From Eledone cirrhosa (lineage: Eukaryota): DNA of 64,000 nucleotides. The notes under the pieces were generated by a model. It worked only from the letters and a program-made list of their open reading frames with translations. It made no database searches and was not told the origin of the DNA. Every line of letters begins with the position of its first letter. Position 1 is the first letter of the stretch. The stretch spans positions 436,976,001 through 437,040,000 of the forward strand of contig OZ024740.1 in NCBI GenBank assembly GCA_964016885.1, read 5' to 3'. Shown here piece after piece: positions 29,668 to 44,120 of the stretch. The translations under genes were made by a program, and so were the position numbers.

Positions 29668-32600
29668 CTATAGTCTGATGTTGAGTGAAGGCCCATTCAC
29701 ACGGGCCATTCTCGCCACTTTCACCCATCTTTCATAGAAACGGCTGGGGTGCAGCACCTCTCTCTCCATCCTGATCCTTCTTCCGAAATGATATCGGAAG
29801 AAACGGACCAGTTGTTGGCCAGAGAGAAAGGTGCCTGACCTCAGTCCTTTCAGACGCGTCCACCATACAACCTCTTTCGCCATGGCTATTACGCACAGAA
29901 ACACCGCCTCTGCTTCATCTTTGAAGGGGGGAGGCGGCTTGATCATTACAATAGACTAGGTGGTCAACCGGTTCGGTCCCACCCTTGACAGCAGTTGTTC
30001 GACATAGCCCCACAGATCGGCTACGCCCGAGCAGTGTACCAATGCGTGTGCAACGGTTTCCTCGTCGCACACGCATCTGGGACAGATCTTTTTGGCGGGC
30101 TCCCTACCCGGGCGCCCGTGTCTGTAGAGCCTTTCTCGAACGGGTAAAGCCCCTCGGTAGAACTGCCAGGCCAGGGACTTCTGGAAGTTGTCCATAGGTC
30201 CCGGGCTGAATGTCCTACCGAACAGGCTGGCCAGTTCGTCCTCCTCCATGTCTAGGGCTTCTCCGAGGGCGTCGTCGCACCTGCTGCGTACCAGCCCTCT
30301 ATAGAATGTTGCGGTGGAGTCTCCACTGATAACCGGATCCGCCTGCCAGAGGGCGGTGAGCGCCTGGGCACACTCAGTGTGCCAGGCGCCCAGTTTTCTC
30401 GGTCTTTGCTTGACCCAGGATTGCAGCTCGGTGAGTGAGACGAGTCTGGGAAAGGTTCGTCTCACAAACGAGGCCCACACCGGTTGTCCGGTGAGTAATA
30501 CGTAAAGGTGCCGTAGCCTTAATGCGTGTTTACGCATCATTAGCCACGGCATCCCCAGCCCTCCTTTCGAAGGCTGTTGACAGCAGATGGATCTCCTCAC
30601 CATAGGAGCCCGCTTCTTCCAAAGGAATTGGAAGAGCGCGCGCTCCATCTTGGTGAGGGTTTCCCTTGGGCAGGGCACTACGGTCAGGCGGTAGTAGATG
30701 ACGGACGCTATGTAGGTGTTCGCTACCTCCTCCCGACCTTTCAGGGATAGTTTGCAACTGGCCCACTTCTCGGTCAGTGCAAACACCCTGTTCGTAACCT
30801 CCGCCCAGTTTTTCTCCACCTGGAGGTCCGGTCCGAACCAGACCCCGAGCAACTTCACCGGGCCCTCCGTCCAGCGTCCGACGACGCCATCGGAGGGCAT
30901 CGGTCTGCCCCTCCACGTGTCGAGTTGCAAACCGATCGACTTGTCCCGGTTCAGCTTAGCCCCTGTGAACTTTTCGTACTCCTCCAGTAAGGTGCCGACC
31001 GCCTCGATTTCGGAGGCCGTCGACACCATTACTGTCACGTCATCGGCGTAGGCCGACACCGCTTTCCGCAATCCCGGTTCCAAAGGGATGCCCTGCAACA
31101 ACTCCAACTTCCGCAGTAGTGGCTCGAGAGTCAACACATACAGAAGGGAGGAGAGAGGGCACCCTTGTCGGATGGACCGCGCGATTTTGAACGGCTCCGA
31201 GAGGTAGCCGTTCACCTTGACCCTAGAGCAGATGCGGCTGCTGTGCATAGCAGTGATCCAGCCCCTGAAAACGGGTCCGAAGCCTGCCGCCGCTAGCACC
31301 GCATTCAGGTAACCATGGTCGACCCTATCGAACGCCTTAGATTGATCCAAGTTGATCAGAGCCCCACCAAAGCCGGGTTCGTTCCCAACCCTCTCTATGA
31401 TGTATCGCATGAGGTGGAGGTTGTCATGGATGGACCTGGATGGGATAGCGCATGTCTGCGCATCTCCCACCAGGTTGCCCACGACAAGCGCCAACCTCTT
31501 TGCTAGCACCTTGGCCAAAATCTGTAACTCTGTATTTAGCAGAGTTATGGGCCTGAAGTTACTTATTCGTCCCCCTTGTTCTCGTCCTTCCTCACTAGCG
31601 TGACTACGCCCTTGGTCACAGTACAGGGAATTCTCCCGTTCTGTTGCCAGTTGCAGTAGACCGCCTCGAGGAGATCGGGGAACAAGTCCGACATAGCTAG
31701 ATATAATTCGTAAGGAAGACCATCGAGACCCGGGGATTTGCGTTTGCCGCATTGGCTCAGCACGTCCTCTATCTCAGCGGCCGAAATCGGCTCCTCGCAG
31801 GACTTCGCCTCCCTGTCCGAGAGGCGCGGCAGGCCGTCGAGGTATGGACCGAAGTCCACGTTCCCAACCGGCTCCCCGCCCCTCCCGAACAGTCGGGCAA
31901 AGTGCCTTTGAAAGGCCTCACACATCTGCTTAGGCTCAAGAATCGCCCGTCCATCCAGGTCTCGCAAAGACCGGATGGTGGATTTAGTTCCACTGTTGGC
32001 CTCTGTCACGCGGGCCCAGCTAACAGCTTTGGTCCCCTCGTTCCCTAGAGCACGTATTTTACTTCGGACAACGCAGCCTTCGTGCTTCGCGTCGAAAAAC
32101 TGGCTCAAAGCCGTTCTCGACGCTAGCACTCTGGCCACGTCGCCGCTTCTAATTGCCTCTTCTACTCTATCTATTAGCTCCCTTTCCTTCCTATTCCTAT
32201 CCGCAGCTAGAACCTTACTAAATTCTATCGAGACTACTCTAATCTCTCTCTTTAGAGATACCCACCACCTGCTGTTGACGATCGCTCCAGTCAACCGTTC
32301 CTTAACTAACGTTCTAATCCGATTCCTGTAGGCTCTACTTGCCGGCAAGGACAAGTTGAGCTTCCAGTAACCGGGGCCCTGTCTATGAGTTCTGTCAAGG
32401 TTGACCATGCAGGTCACTCATTTGTGGTCTGAATAGCCAACCATGCGCATTTTTGGACAACTTAAAAAGTCCTTATCCTTAATTCTAACTAAGAATCTAT
32501 CTAGGTACGACCTAGATGATCCGCTACGATTTGCCCAAGTCCAGGTTGGCGCAGTCGGAAAATCTAGTCGATATCTATCGGCCAGGTCAAATCGACCGAT

Positions 32601-33104
32601 TAACCCTTTGAGGATATTACACCCCTCTCTATCGGGGCAGGCCCCTACGTAGTCCCAGCGTGCATCTAGGATACCATTCCAGTCCCCCACTAATAGCAAG
32701 GAGCGGGACGTCCCTAGAAAAGTCTCCAGACGATGGAAGAAGTCCGGCCGCATTGACCCGAAAGGGCCGTAGGCGGCTACCAACCTAAACGCTCCGCCTT
32801 TACCACTGCCAAGGTCCAGAACCACTAGTCGACCCTCCGGGTCCAAATGTACCATCTGTGTTGCGAGACCCAGATGTTTTTGCAGCAGAACGACAACTCC
32901 ACCCCCACCTTCGGGCTGACAGAGAGATGCGTGCATCTCAAAGTCATCAAAGGTGGGGGCCAGCTGTCGCACGTTGCTGATTCGGGCCTCGCAAATAACC
33001 ATCACATCTATACGTTGTGACCTGAGGTCATTTAGAAGCATTGCTTGCTTCCAAGTTGAGCCCAGGCCACGCGCATTTAAACACCCTACTCTTAGCATAG
33101 CCAT
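29668..33104 (-). pseudogene. Tx1 ORF2 (APE endonuclease plus RT), disrupted by one stop and at least two frameshifts
   Basis: LNARG, GDWN, YLDRF, SDH; PGLDGLP, FRPITLLN, LDQSKAFDRV, RQGCPLS, YADD; TGA at 32418. Confidence 0.93.
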
Positions 33105-33128
33105 GTTGGTGGTGAAGAGAAAAGGCAC

Positions 33129-34933
33129 TTACCTCTCTGCGTCCCGGGTATCGGGCTGCACAATTTCCATTAGGGTGGGGGATGGGTTGTTGGGTGGGGT
33201 GGTAGTTTGTGGAAGTGTGGGGGCATCAGTGTGTTGTGTGGTTGGGGAGCTTGGAGTTGTGTGGGTGTTTGGGGAGGGAGTGGGATAGTTTTTTAGGAGG
33301 ACGCGGTTAATGGGCCCGACGCAGGGGGGACCCACGTCCTCTTTAAAATTGTTTTTTAAAGTTTTATAGGTGTCCTGTGGGGCCTTAATCATTTTGAGGT
33401 GGGGGAAATCCCCTGCCTGGGTGAAGTTAGGCCCTTGTGTTTTTATTAGATTGTTGTTGTACACAATGTTTAACAGTTTTTTGTTTCTTGTGTTTATGTA
33501 TGTGTATGCATGTTTTTGTTTTTGTGTGGTGTTTTTTGTTTGCTGTTGTTGTGAGCTCTTTTGTGTTGGTGTCAGTGTTATGTTTTGGGGAGGGGTTGTT
33601 TTCATTTGCGTGTCTGAGGTGTGTTTTCTTTTTTTTCTTTTGACTGTGTGGAAGTGCTCCCCCTCGTCTGACGACGAACTAGGGTCATCTTCCGCGTTGG
33701 AGGGGAGGCGTATATATTCGGGTTGTTTTTGCGGTGCGGGTGTTTTGGTAATTGTTTTTGTTTTTTGAGTGGAGGGGATGGGTTGGACATTGTTTTGTTT
33801 TGGTTTGAGCTGTGGTGGTTGTTTTTGTAGTGGTAGTTGTGGTGATTGTGTTGGTTGTGCAGTTGTTGGTGGTGTAGGCAGGATTGGGGTTTTCTTATTA
33901 AGTTGGAGACAGACAGCCCTCAGGTGACCTCTGGTTCCGCAGAGGTAACACGAGGGCCGCCTACTCTCAACGGTAATGTTGATGAAAGTTAGATCATCCA
34001 GTATGACGCGTTCAGGGATCTGGGCGATCCTTTCGGGTCTCATTTGAACTACAAGTTCGAGGCTCGTTCCACTGAACGCGTCACCCGATGCCTTTCCCAT
34101 GGACACCAGCATGTCATCATCCAGGTCCAGGAAACCTGTCAAAATCCACCATATGTCCATAATCGGCAGGAAGGTGTGGATTTTTATTTTTTGTGTTCTT
34201 CTACCCATGTACCTAGGGTAGAAGGTGTATGTGGTGGATGTGATTGGTTTGATGGACAGTTTCACTGCTGTGTCCCTGTCCTTCATGAGAATGGATAGAC
34301 TCCCGTAGAGTCTATCCTTCTGAATGAAGGTGATGTCCTTCATGACGTCTTTTAAAACCAGCTCTATCTCACTCTGTGATGGTTGAGCTGGTTTTTTGCT
34401 ATTATTCGAGATTGTCCTAAACATGACAGTGTTTAGGAGTCTCTGGCTTTTTAGTTCGGGGGGGGGGGGGGGGAATGGATCGTGAATGAACCATTTTCCC
34501 CGTACACTATATATTTTTTGGCATCTGCCAGTAGCTCCTTCGCTTTGGTTATATCTACTGGCAGATAGTCGAGGCTTTTCCTTGCCGTCTCGGCGAAAGA
34601 GAAATTTTATTTGTTTGTGTTGCTGTTGTAGTTGGTGGTGTTGTTGTTATCATTGTTGTTGTTGTCACAGTTATTGGTCTTATTGTTGTTATTATTGTTA
34701 TTGGTGTTGTTTTCGTCCGTCGCATTGTTGTTGTTCTTGCTGTTGCTGGTGCCGCTGGTTCTTTGGGTTGTTGCCATGGCAACGTCAAGTTGTCGGTTAA
34801 CAGGTGGAGAAAATCCTTCCTCTGCCTGACCTTTCTTTTTGACCTACCTCTGCTACTGTGACAATGGCAGGGGGAAGCTGTAAGCTTATCTTCCCCTTTC
34901 CTCCTTCGAATTTTGGTGAAGATGCTTCAGCCA
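33129..34933 (-). pseudogene. Tx1 ORF1 (gag-like, zinc knuckle), N-terminus disrupted
   Basis: CYLCGTRGHLRAVC CCHC motif in ORF 33129-34424; probable ATG near 34933 (MAEASSPK). Confidence 0.8.
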
Positions 34934-35110
34934 TTTTTATCAAAATAGGATTTTTCGAAATATTAAATGTTTACAACACTATTTCGCCTAAAGGCGTAGA
35001 ATATTTTGAGAGACTGACCAGATCAAAATTTGACCTGGCAGTCCCTCTACAAAATGGTACAAAAATGAAAGTTTACAGTTCACAATTTCCAGTTAAATTT
35101 AAACGAAACT

Positions 35111-37720
35111 TAGGTAAAAGGTTTATATTGTAGATCGGTACCAGGTTTATATTGTGGATAGGTACCAGTTTTATACTGTAGATAGGTACCATTTTTATAC
35201 TGTAGATAGGTAACAGGTTTATACTGTAGATAGGCAACAGGTTTATACTGTAGATAAGTACCAGGTTTATACTGTAGATAGGTACCAGGTTTATACTGTA
35301 GAGAGGTAACATATTTATACTGTAGATAGATACAAGGTTTATACTGTAGATAGGTACCAGGTTTATATTGTAGATAGGTACCAGTTTTATACTGTAGATA
35401 GGTAACAGGTTTATAGTGTAGATACGTACCAGGTTTATACTGTAGACAGGTAACAGGTTTATACTGTAGATAGGTGCAAGGTTTATACTGTAGATCGGTA
35501 CCAGGTTTATATTGTACATAGCTACCAGGTTTATACTGTAGACAGGTAACAGGTTTATACTCTAGATAGGTACCAGGTTTATACTGTAGACAGGTAACAG
35601 TTTTATATTGTAGACAGGTAACAGGTTTATAATGTTGATATGTACCAGGTTTATACTGTAGATAGATACCAAGTTTATACTGTAGATAGGTACCAGGTTT
35701 ATACTGTAGATAGGCACCAGGTTTATATTGTAGATAGGTACCAGATTTATATTGTAGACAGGTAACAAGTTTATACAGTAGATAGGTTCCAGGTTTATAC
35801 TCTAGACAGGTAACAGGTTTATACTGTAGATAGGTACCAGGTTTATATTGTAGATAGGTAACAGTTTTATACCGTAGATAGGTATCAGGTTTATATTGTA
35901 GATAGGTAACAGATTTATACTGTAGACAGGTACCAGGTTTATACTGTAGATAGGTACCAGGTTTATATTGTAGATAGGTACCAGGTTTATACTGTAGACA
36001 GATAACAGGTTTATACTGTAGATAGGTACCAGGTTTATATTGTAGATAGGTAACAGTTTTATACTGTAGATAGGTATCAGGTTTATATTGTAGATAGGTA
36101 ACAGTTTTATACTGTAGACAGGTAGCAGGTTTATACTGTAGATAGGTAACATGTTTATACTGTAGATAGGTAACAGGTTTATACTGTTGATAGGTACCAG
36201 GTTTATACTGTAGATAGGTACCAGGTTTATACTGTAGATAGGTACCAGGTTTATACTGTAGACAATTAACAGGTTTATACTGTAGATAGGTACCAGGTTT
36301 ATATTGTAGATAGGTACCAGTTTTATACTGTAGATAGGTAACAGGTTTATATTGTATATAGGTACCAGGTTTATACTGTAGACAGGTAATAGGTTTATAC
36401 TGTAGATAGGTACCAGGTTTATATTGTAGACAGGTAACAAGTTTATACTGTTGATATGTACCAGGTTTATACTGTAGATACGTACCATGTTTATACTGTA
36501 GATAGGTACCAGGTTTATACTGTAGATAGGTACCAGGTTTATACTGTAGATAGGTACCAGGTTTATACTGTAGATAGGTACCAGGTTTATATTGTAGATA
36601 GGTACCAGATTTATACTGTAGACAGGTAACAGGTTTATACTGTAGATAGGTACCAGGTTTATATTGTAGACAGGTAACAAGTTTATACTGTTGATATGTA
36701 CCAGGTTTATACTGTAGATAGGTACCAGGTTTATACTGTAGATAGGTACCAGGTTTATATTGTAGATAGGTACCAGGTTTATACTGTAGACAGATAACAG
36801 GTTTATACTGTAGATAGGTACCAGGTTTATATTGTAGATAGGTAACAGTTTTATACTGTAGATAGGTATCAGGTTTATATTGTAGATAGGTAACAGTTTT
36901 ATACTGTAGACAGGTAGCAGGTTTATACTGTAGATAGGTAACATGTTTATACTGTAGATAGGTAACAGGTTTATACTGTTGATAGGTACCAGGTTTATAC
37001 TGTAGATAGGTACCAGGTTTATACTGTAGATAGGTACCAGGTTTATACTGTAGACAATTAACAGGTTTATACTGTAGATAGGTACCAGGTTTATATTGTA
37101 GATAGGTACCAGTTTTATACTGTAGATAGGTAACAGGTTTATATTGTATATAGGTACCAGGTTTATACTGTAGACAGGTAATAGGTTTATACTGTAGATA
37201 GGTACCAGGTTTATATTGTAGACAGGTAACAAGTTTATACTGTTGATATGTACCAGGTTTATACTGTAGATACGTACCATGTTTATACTGTAGATAGGTA
37301 CCAGGTTTATACTGTAGATAGGTACCAGGTTTATACTGTAGATAGGTACCAGGTTTATACTGTAGATAGGTACCAGGTTTATATTGTAGATAGGTACCAG
37401 ATTTATACTGTAGACAGGTAACAGGTTTATACTGTAGATAGGTACCAGGTTTATATTGTAGACAGGTAACAAGTTTATACTGTTGATATGTACCAGGTTT
37501 ATACTGTAGATAGGTACCAGGTTTATACTGTAGATAGGTACCAGGTTTATACTGTAGATAGGTTCCAGGTTTATATTGTAGATAGGTACCAGGTTTATAC
37601 TGTAGACAGGTAACAGGTTTATACTGTAGATAGGTACCAGGTTTATATTGTAGACAGGTAACAAGTTTATACAGTAGATAGGTACCAGGTTTATATTGTA
37701 GATTGGTAACAGGTTTATAC
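35111..37720. repeat. 24-bp minisatellite, right part, with a 792-bp (33-unit) higher-order duplication
   Basis: Variant units recur 792 bp apart (gacaatta at 36261 and 37053; gataacag at 36001 and 36793). Confidence 0.95.
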
Positions 37721-38155
37721 TAGAAGCAATAAATATTTGTTTGTGTTTAGTTTGTGCGTAGTTCACCTAGTCCCAAATTGGAAATATTTTATTCTGGGAC
37801 AGTTCTATAACTCTTGCATTTAATCAGTTCTGATTTCCATTCCCTAACAACTGGTTCATCTTCCTTCATGTATTTCTCGCTCGTTCATTTTCTCTCTTTT
37901 TTGTTAATTTCATGATGTAAACATTGTATATTTTAAAGAGAATCCATCCAGTGTACTCTAGAATATACATTCATTAGCTTCTCGAAACAAGTGCCGTGCT
38001 GTAAGTAATGAGATCTCACAAAGTTGAATCCGATTTTGGATTCTCACTTAAAGATCACTTCAGTTCCACCTCACTTGTTCTTGTGAACGGTAAGGATACT
38101 TCAAGGTATTATTTATCCTCCCCCTCCTTTGTGCTTCGTTCAAAAGAACCCAACA

Positions 38156-38355
38156 TACGAAGGTCGGCTGAAAAGTTCATAGGCTGAATATGAAGGAGTG
38201 ATGCTAGAACTGTGAAATCTTACATGCATCAATTTCAACTGTTCTTATTAATAACTGCATTGTTTCGTTCTAGGGATTATGAAAAATTAAACCTCATTTG
38301 GTCATTCCACGAGAGTATCTTGGTCAACCTATGAACATTTCAGCTGCTCCTCGTA
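38156..38355 (+). mobile_element. Mariner-type MITE family A (~200 bp)
   Basis: TIRs tacgaaggtcggctgaaaagttcatagg / cctatgaacatttcagctgctcctcgta. Confidence 0.85.
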
Positions 38356-39462
38356 TCAAATTCTATTTCTGCCAACAACTACACAAATATTTGTTTTTAA
38401 ACAAAATGAGAATTCCCTTAAGTCTTGTGTCCTTCAATAGTAGCAAGTCTTCATTGGGAATATGCCGAACTTGTCAATAATACTCCCCAAAGGAAGAAAT
38501 TGTTCCTTAGTCATAAATGATGTTTAAATACTTCTGAAATTATCTATTGATTTGTGGTTGAGGAAGGGATAGGAAGCTGTCACCTATATGTTTTTCACGA
38601 GGGAATTACTGAGGCGAAGGGAAATAAAATGATGTCAGTTGGGAATGGAAACTAGAAACAGAGACTTCTTGTCGAGAATTTCACTTTATTCTGCACGTCT
38701 CATGAAAACTCTGCAGTCACATGTCTCTTCTAGATCGACATTTCAAGTAACTTTCGAGAAAGTTTCCTACACAAAAGAGCTTTTTATTATCGTTACTTTT
38801 TTTTTCACCAAATATTCGTTATCTTCCTGGTTTTAAATTCTTTCTTTAAAAAAGTGAAAAAAAAAGAAAAAGATTCCCACTCTCATATATGCATCATTCA
38901 TGGTTTGTTTGATCCCAACAGATTTATACATCTTACATCGTTCTCATTTTCTTTAACTATAGTAGCCTTCTAAATCCCTTCTACAATTGTCAGCTGTATG
39001 TTATTTTTCTAATATTTATTTTAAATAAAAGATATTTATTTAATTTTATTTATTTTTCTCGTGCTATTTTTCTTATGCAATGGAGAAACATGTTTCACAC
39101 ATCCTGAAAAATCTTCTGTCAATTTAGAATTGGTTTTTGATTTAAGTTGGTGTTTTTTTTTTGCGGGGGGGGGGGGGGGGGGTATTTGCTTTTTTCACGT
39201 CAACGCACCCGGTTTCCTTCATAGTATCTACTTTTCATAAAACCAACTTTTCAACTTGAAAACATTATTTCAAATTTATATAAAGAGTAAAATTTTGGAT
39301 TGCTATCATTTTAGTTTCTTTTCATTCGGTAACGGGGAGATAATTATGCATTTGCATAATTATTTCAGGGTAAAGTGGTTGGATAGGGGAAGATTTTCAG
39401 GTGAGAATCGAACCCAGCAAGAAAAGTCTGAAGCTTGCTTCTGACTTGAAGATGCTCGTCAA

Positions 39463-39517
<55 letters not shown>

Positions 39518-39670
39518 TAATTGGATTAATTTCTGATTAGACGCAAGGACCTTCGATTTGGGTGAAGCTAAATGACCTCACATGGGGACTGAAATATATA
39601 TATATATATAGTAATAAAATAAAAGATTAAAGTTTAAGCAAAGATTCTTTGCTTAAACTTTAATCTGTTA

Positions 39671-39774
<104 letters not shown>

Positions 39775-39919
39775 ATTATGTGTTAGTTGGTTACCGACAC
39801 TTCATTATACAGGGTAGAGCACTAGACGAAGTGCACGGGTAGCTCTGTTTACTCCGGAGTAATTTAAAAGCAAGAAGTGTAAGTCAACAGTTTCAAATTA
39901 ACTTCATTTATTCATATTC

Positions 39920-39978
39920 ACTGCAATATATATTTCGGTGATAATCATTATTCAGCAGCTATGACCTCATCAGGTAGC
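39920..39978 (-). ncRNA. Hammerhead ribozyme in a short fold-back PLE end (39771-40020)
   Basis: gctac-CTGATGA-ggtcatag...tatcacc-GAAA-tatata-TT-gcagt; related to 43974. Confidence 0.7.
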
Positions 39979-40938
39979 TGTCTGATGAGGTCATAGCTAT
40001 TGACTTACACTTCTTGCTTATATATATATTTATATAAATATATATAATTTCAACCTTTTTGTTGAGGCGAAGGTAAATGAATTAGGCAGCATTAGAACGT
40101 GAAGCTGTCGTGAACGAAGTCTTTATAGTTACAAGAACGTTAATCACTTTATTTGTTCTGTTTGATACTTTACCATGCCGAGAAGAACAAGAAAGTTTAC
40201 AAAAAAATTATTAGTATCATCAAAACCTTCACCGCCATCAGCTCAATCACCAGCAACACCATTATCATTCTATTTTTAACGCCACTATTACCACTACTGA
40301 CTACAATATTTCCACCAACATTATCGCCACTGCTACCATCTCTGCCGTCAAAAATCATTATAACAATCGTATTCGTAGTAAACAGCCACAAGATACCCCC
40401 AATAAAATGTGTTTGCAATAAAGATGAGCTTTTGATACTCGGAGCGCTCTTGAATACTGAAAGTATGCGGAAATGTCTTATGAGCAGTCGTTTATTGTTC
40501 TCGAGGTATACATTTGCATGTTTTATTACCACTTTATGGGATTCTTGTAGGTATTAACAGTTTTAGAACAAAGCTTAAGATACACCGGAAACTTACATAA
40601 AAGTGGCTATTTTATAAGGACGAACACATAATTCCTTTATGAACAGCGAAACATTGAAAAGCTCTAGTCAAGGGAAGAACTAAATATTAACAAAGAATCG
40701 AAAGTTAGATAATTTATTTTAGATAAGGGAATTAAACAGAAACATTCTGAGTTGCATTTCAAAATGGAAGCTACTCGTTACGTTGCAGCGTCTCAAAATA
40801 CTTAGTAAATTCATTTGTTAAGTATATTATGCATGCATAAACTACATTGTTCTCTTTTAACCATAATTAACAAAACAAAAAATCTCTGAAGATATAAAAC
40901 AAAATTACAAGATGGTGGTAGTGTGTGTGTGTGTATGT

Positions 40939-40971
<33 letters not shown>

Positions 40972-43544
40972 GTATTTTTTACTATTTGTTTGGGTTTTGC
41001 CATTCAACACATCTATAAATTCAAACCACGAAATTACGCCTTCAGACATGCATTACATTAATAATGTATTTATCATTAATATATTTTTACCTTTTTAATT
41101 TAAAATATACAACGACCTCCTTCACTTGTTTCCTCTATTTATATATTTTACACTTATTCAACAATCTATTGGTTTAGCACCTTCTCTGAGATATAGATCA
41201 GCAAATTGACAGAGTCGTTAGATCATTGGATAGAATAATTGGCGGTATTCGTTTCGGCTCTGTGCACCGCTCTTAGTTCAAAACCTGCTGAGGTCAACTT
41301 TGCCTTTCATCCTTTGGAGATCGATAAAAAAAAATCAATCCAGTACTACGGTCGATTTTTCCTCATTTCCGCTTTATCTCGCACTCACTTCTTCTCTGGG
41401 AGAAATCGACTATGTACAGATATGGGGAGAGGGTGGGCTCCGCCAGATTAAAAAGTAAATGTCTGAGACACGCTGTATGTCACTGCCGATCCCTGCGACT
41501 ATCAGGAGTTACGAGTCCATACATATTAGATACATGCAAGTTGTCCAAAACTCAGTTTTAGAGTCCTAATAATATTTTCTACACATAGTAGAATATAGAT
41601 GTAAGAGTTGGACTGGATTTGTAAGAACCTGGTTTAGAAAAATTAATTAAATGAGCAATTTAAACATAAAGATCTTAAGACTTCCCAAATATAAGAGCAA
41701 AACAATATCTCTGAAAATAATTTCAGATAATCTTAGTGTTGAATACTAAATAAATGTCTTCTATAAAAAAAAAAGATTTAAATCTTGGTCAAATTAACGT
41801 ACATTAATATTTTAATATTTGTAATGAGTTTAAAGGTGGTAGATTGGCAGCTTCGGTAAAGCGACGGAAAACATGTTTCGTGGCATATAATTCCGGTCCT
41901 ATATGTTCCGAGTTCAAATCCAGTCAAGGCTAGCTTTACTTTTCATCCTTATGGGGACAATAAAATAAAGTCCCAGTATGGCCCTAGGATCGATCCAAAA
42001 TTGTTGGCCCCATGATGAAATCAGAAACCATTCTTTGTAATGGGCTTGGGAAAAGCTGTGAGAAATTCATTTTGAAACACCATCCTTGCGAGTTCGATTC
42101 CACTGCCCGGCAACTGATGTTAGTGTCTTCTACCATCGTCCCAGTTGACTAATGATTTGTGGATGAAATGTGGTACATGCACATTGTGTGAGAGCAGCCA
42201 CAGATGTTTTGTGCTTGTATACACCGGTGTAAATCGGTGCAAATTCCTTGTCGTATTTAGAACCACAAAGCGAGGTAGCTATGTAAAGGAACTTAATTTT
42301 GATAAACTCACATTTTCTACAAATAAAGTTCGATAAAAGGATTACCAAAGAAAGTACAGAGCTTGATATACTTGATAGAAACTAGTTATGACGCAGTTCG
42401 GTTACTAAAATGAGAAATGAAAACAGTAAAAATATAAACCACAGACCACTACAGAAGTAGGTTTTGCTATAAATCTATCTTTCATATGTAACAATATCAT
42501 TATTTTAGCGACAGACGATATAAGCTCCCAGCAAGCCGTAGCTAAGACACGATTTCTATCCTCTGTAGACGTAATCTAACTTCACGTATGCCACTTATAT
42601 CCTTAGTAAAAACTGTAGACATTGAAGGGAAGTGAGGATGCTGAGCCACAGTTATCTTATTTTCCTCCATTTCTCTTTTCTCTCTGTGTTTCCATCATCC
42701 AACCAAATATATATTTATATATTAAAATAGTTGAAAAATCGCATCGATATAATGTTTAATGAATTAAGAATTAAGAAAGCCGTTTAGTATGCATATGGAA
42801 TAAACAATTTATTCTATTCACTTTCAAAAAATGAATTATTTATAAAGTTTTTTCGGCTAACACGCTACAGACAGAGCTGCGGTAAATTCGAGACATCAAC
42901 TTTCATACGAACTTCGATTTCTCGTTCTGCCATTTTGACTTGTTTGTTCGATAACTTTCGGTAAATGAAATTGTCTAAACAGGTTGTCTTTGCAAATGTG
43001 GTGTCAATAGTTCCTCTTACGATAGAGAAAGAGCTTTCGTTGAGGTCTTTCTCCTTCTAAACGTCCGGATATTGATAGCTCAATTAATATCTGGCTCCAC
43101 GCTCAAGTTTTCTTTCTCTAACATTTCATTTCATTAACGAGAATGTTCATCTCTTATAAAACATATGACCGTGATACTTCGTAAGAAAGAGCAACCTAGA
43201 AACGCGGTATGTCAATACAGCTCCCTCTACGACTCCCTCGAGAGTTACGGGCCCATACATACGCTATATATACAATCAGTAAATGACATACGCCATGCAA
43301 AACATACTACCCGGATGTTACAGGTTTTCTATATCTAATTTAGACCCACATTCTTCCTATTGTTACTTCATCCATTTTAGTTCCATATTAAATGACAGTC
43401 ATTTATAATGTTTTTTGATAAACTACATCGATGGTTGAAATATTTCTTCACAACAAACTATGCAACGAAATCGACAATCTTTTCACTGCACATGTTTTTC
43501 AATTGAACTCAATTAATTTGATGTCTTTCCTGTCATTTCAATTT

Positions 43545-43615
<71 letters not shown>

Positions 43616-43700
43616 TATATAGTAATAATAATAAATTTGAAGACTAAAATCCAAAGAGGGTTCGATATATACATATATATATTGCTTAAACTTTAATCTG

Positions 43701-43768
<68 letters not shown>

Positions 43769-43825
43769 TTGGCCTGGGCCAATACTGGCCGAAACCTATC
43801 AAAGTTATATATAGATATAAATATA

Positions 43826-43914
<89 letters not shown>

Positions 43915-43973
43915 CAAGGCTCTGATACCATCAACACTATAAACACAGAGCTGGCATATCTAAGAACTGACTA

Positions 43974-44029
43974 ACTGCCTGATGAGGCCATAGCCATTCA
44001 ATGGCTATCATCGAAATATATATAGCAGT
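43974..44029 (+). ncRNA. Type I hammerhead ribozyme in a ~165-bp element between (TA)n runs
   Basis: actgc-CTGATGA-ggcc atagccat tca atggctat catc-GAAA-tatata-TA-gcagt. Confidence 0.9.
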
Positions 44030-44070
44030 AAATAAAGGATTATGAGTTCAATCAATTGACTTATGTTTCG

Positions 44071-44116
<46 letters not shown>

Positions 44117-44120
<4 letters not shown>

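Larger units (their letters stand above)
29407..35110 (-). mobile_element. Near-full-length Tx1-clade LINE (~5.7 kb)
   Basis: ORF1 with CCHC knuckle, ORF2 APE-RT-Cys; flanked by a ~25-bp duplication (29379-29403 and 35111-35135). Confidence 0.93.

Noticed and set aside
32418-32420. Programmed readthrough of the in-frame TGA in Tx1 ORF2
   Set aside because: The same ORF also has frameshifts, so ordinary decay is more parsimonious
35802-37766. 654-aa INLVPIYS ORF
   Set aside because: Translation of the 24-bp minisatellite; the array is interrupted by LINEs
42865-42933. Possible host first coding exon on the minus strand (aaaATGGCAGAA, MAEREIEVR...)
   Set aside because: Only 22 codons before a stop, no recognisable homology and only a weak splice donor; needs RNA-seq
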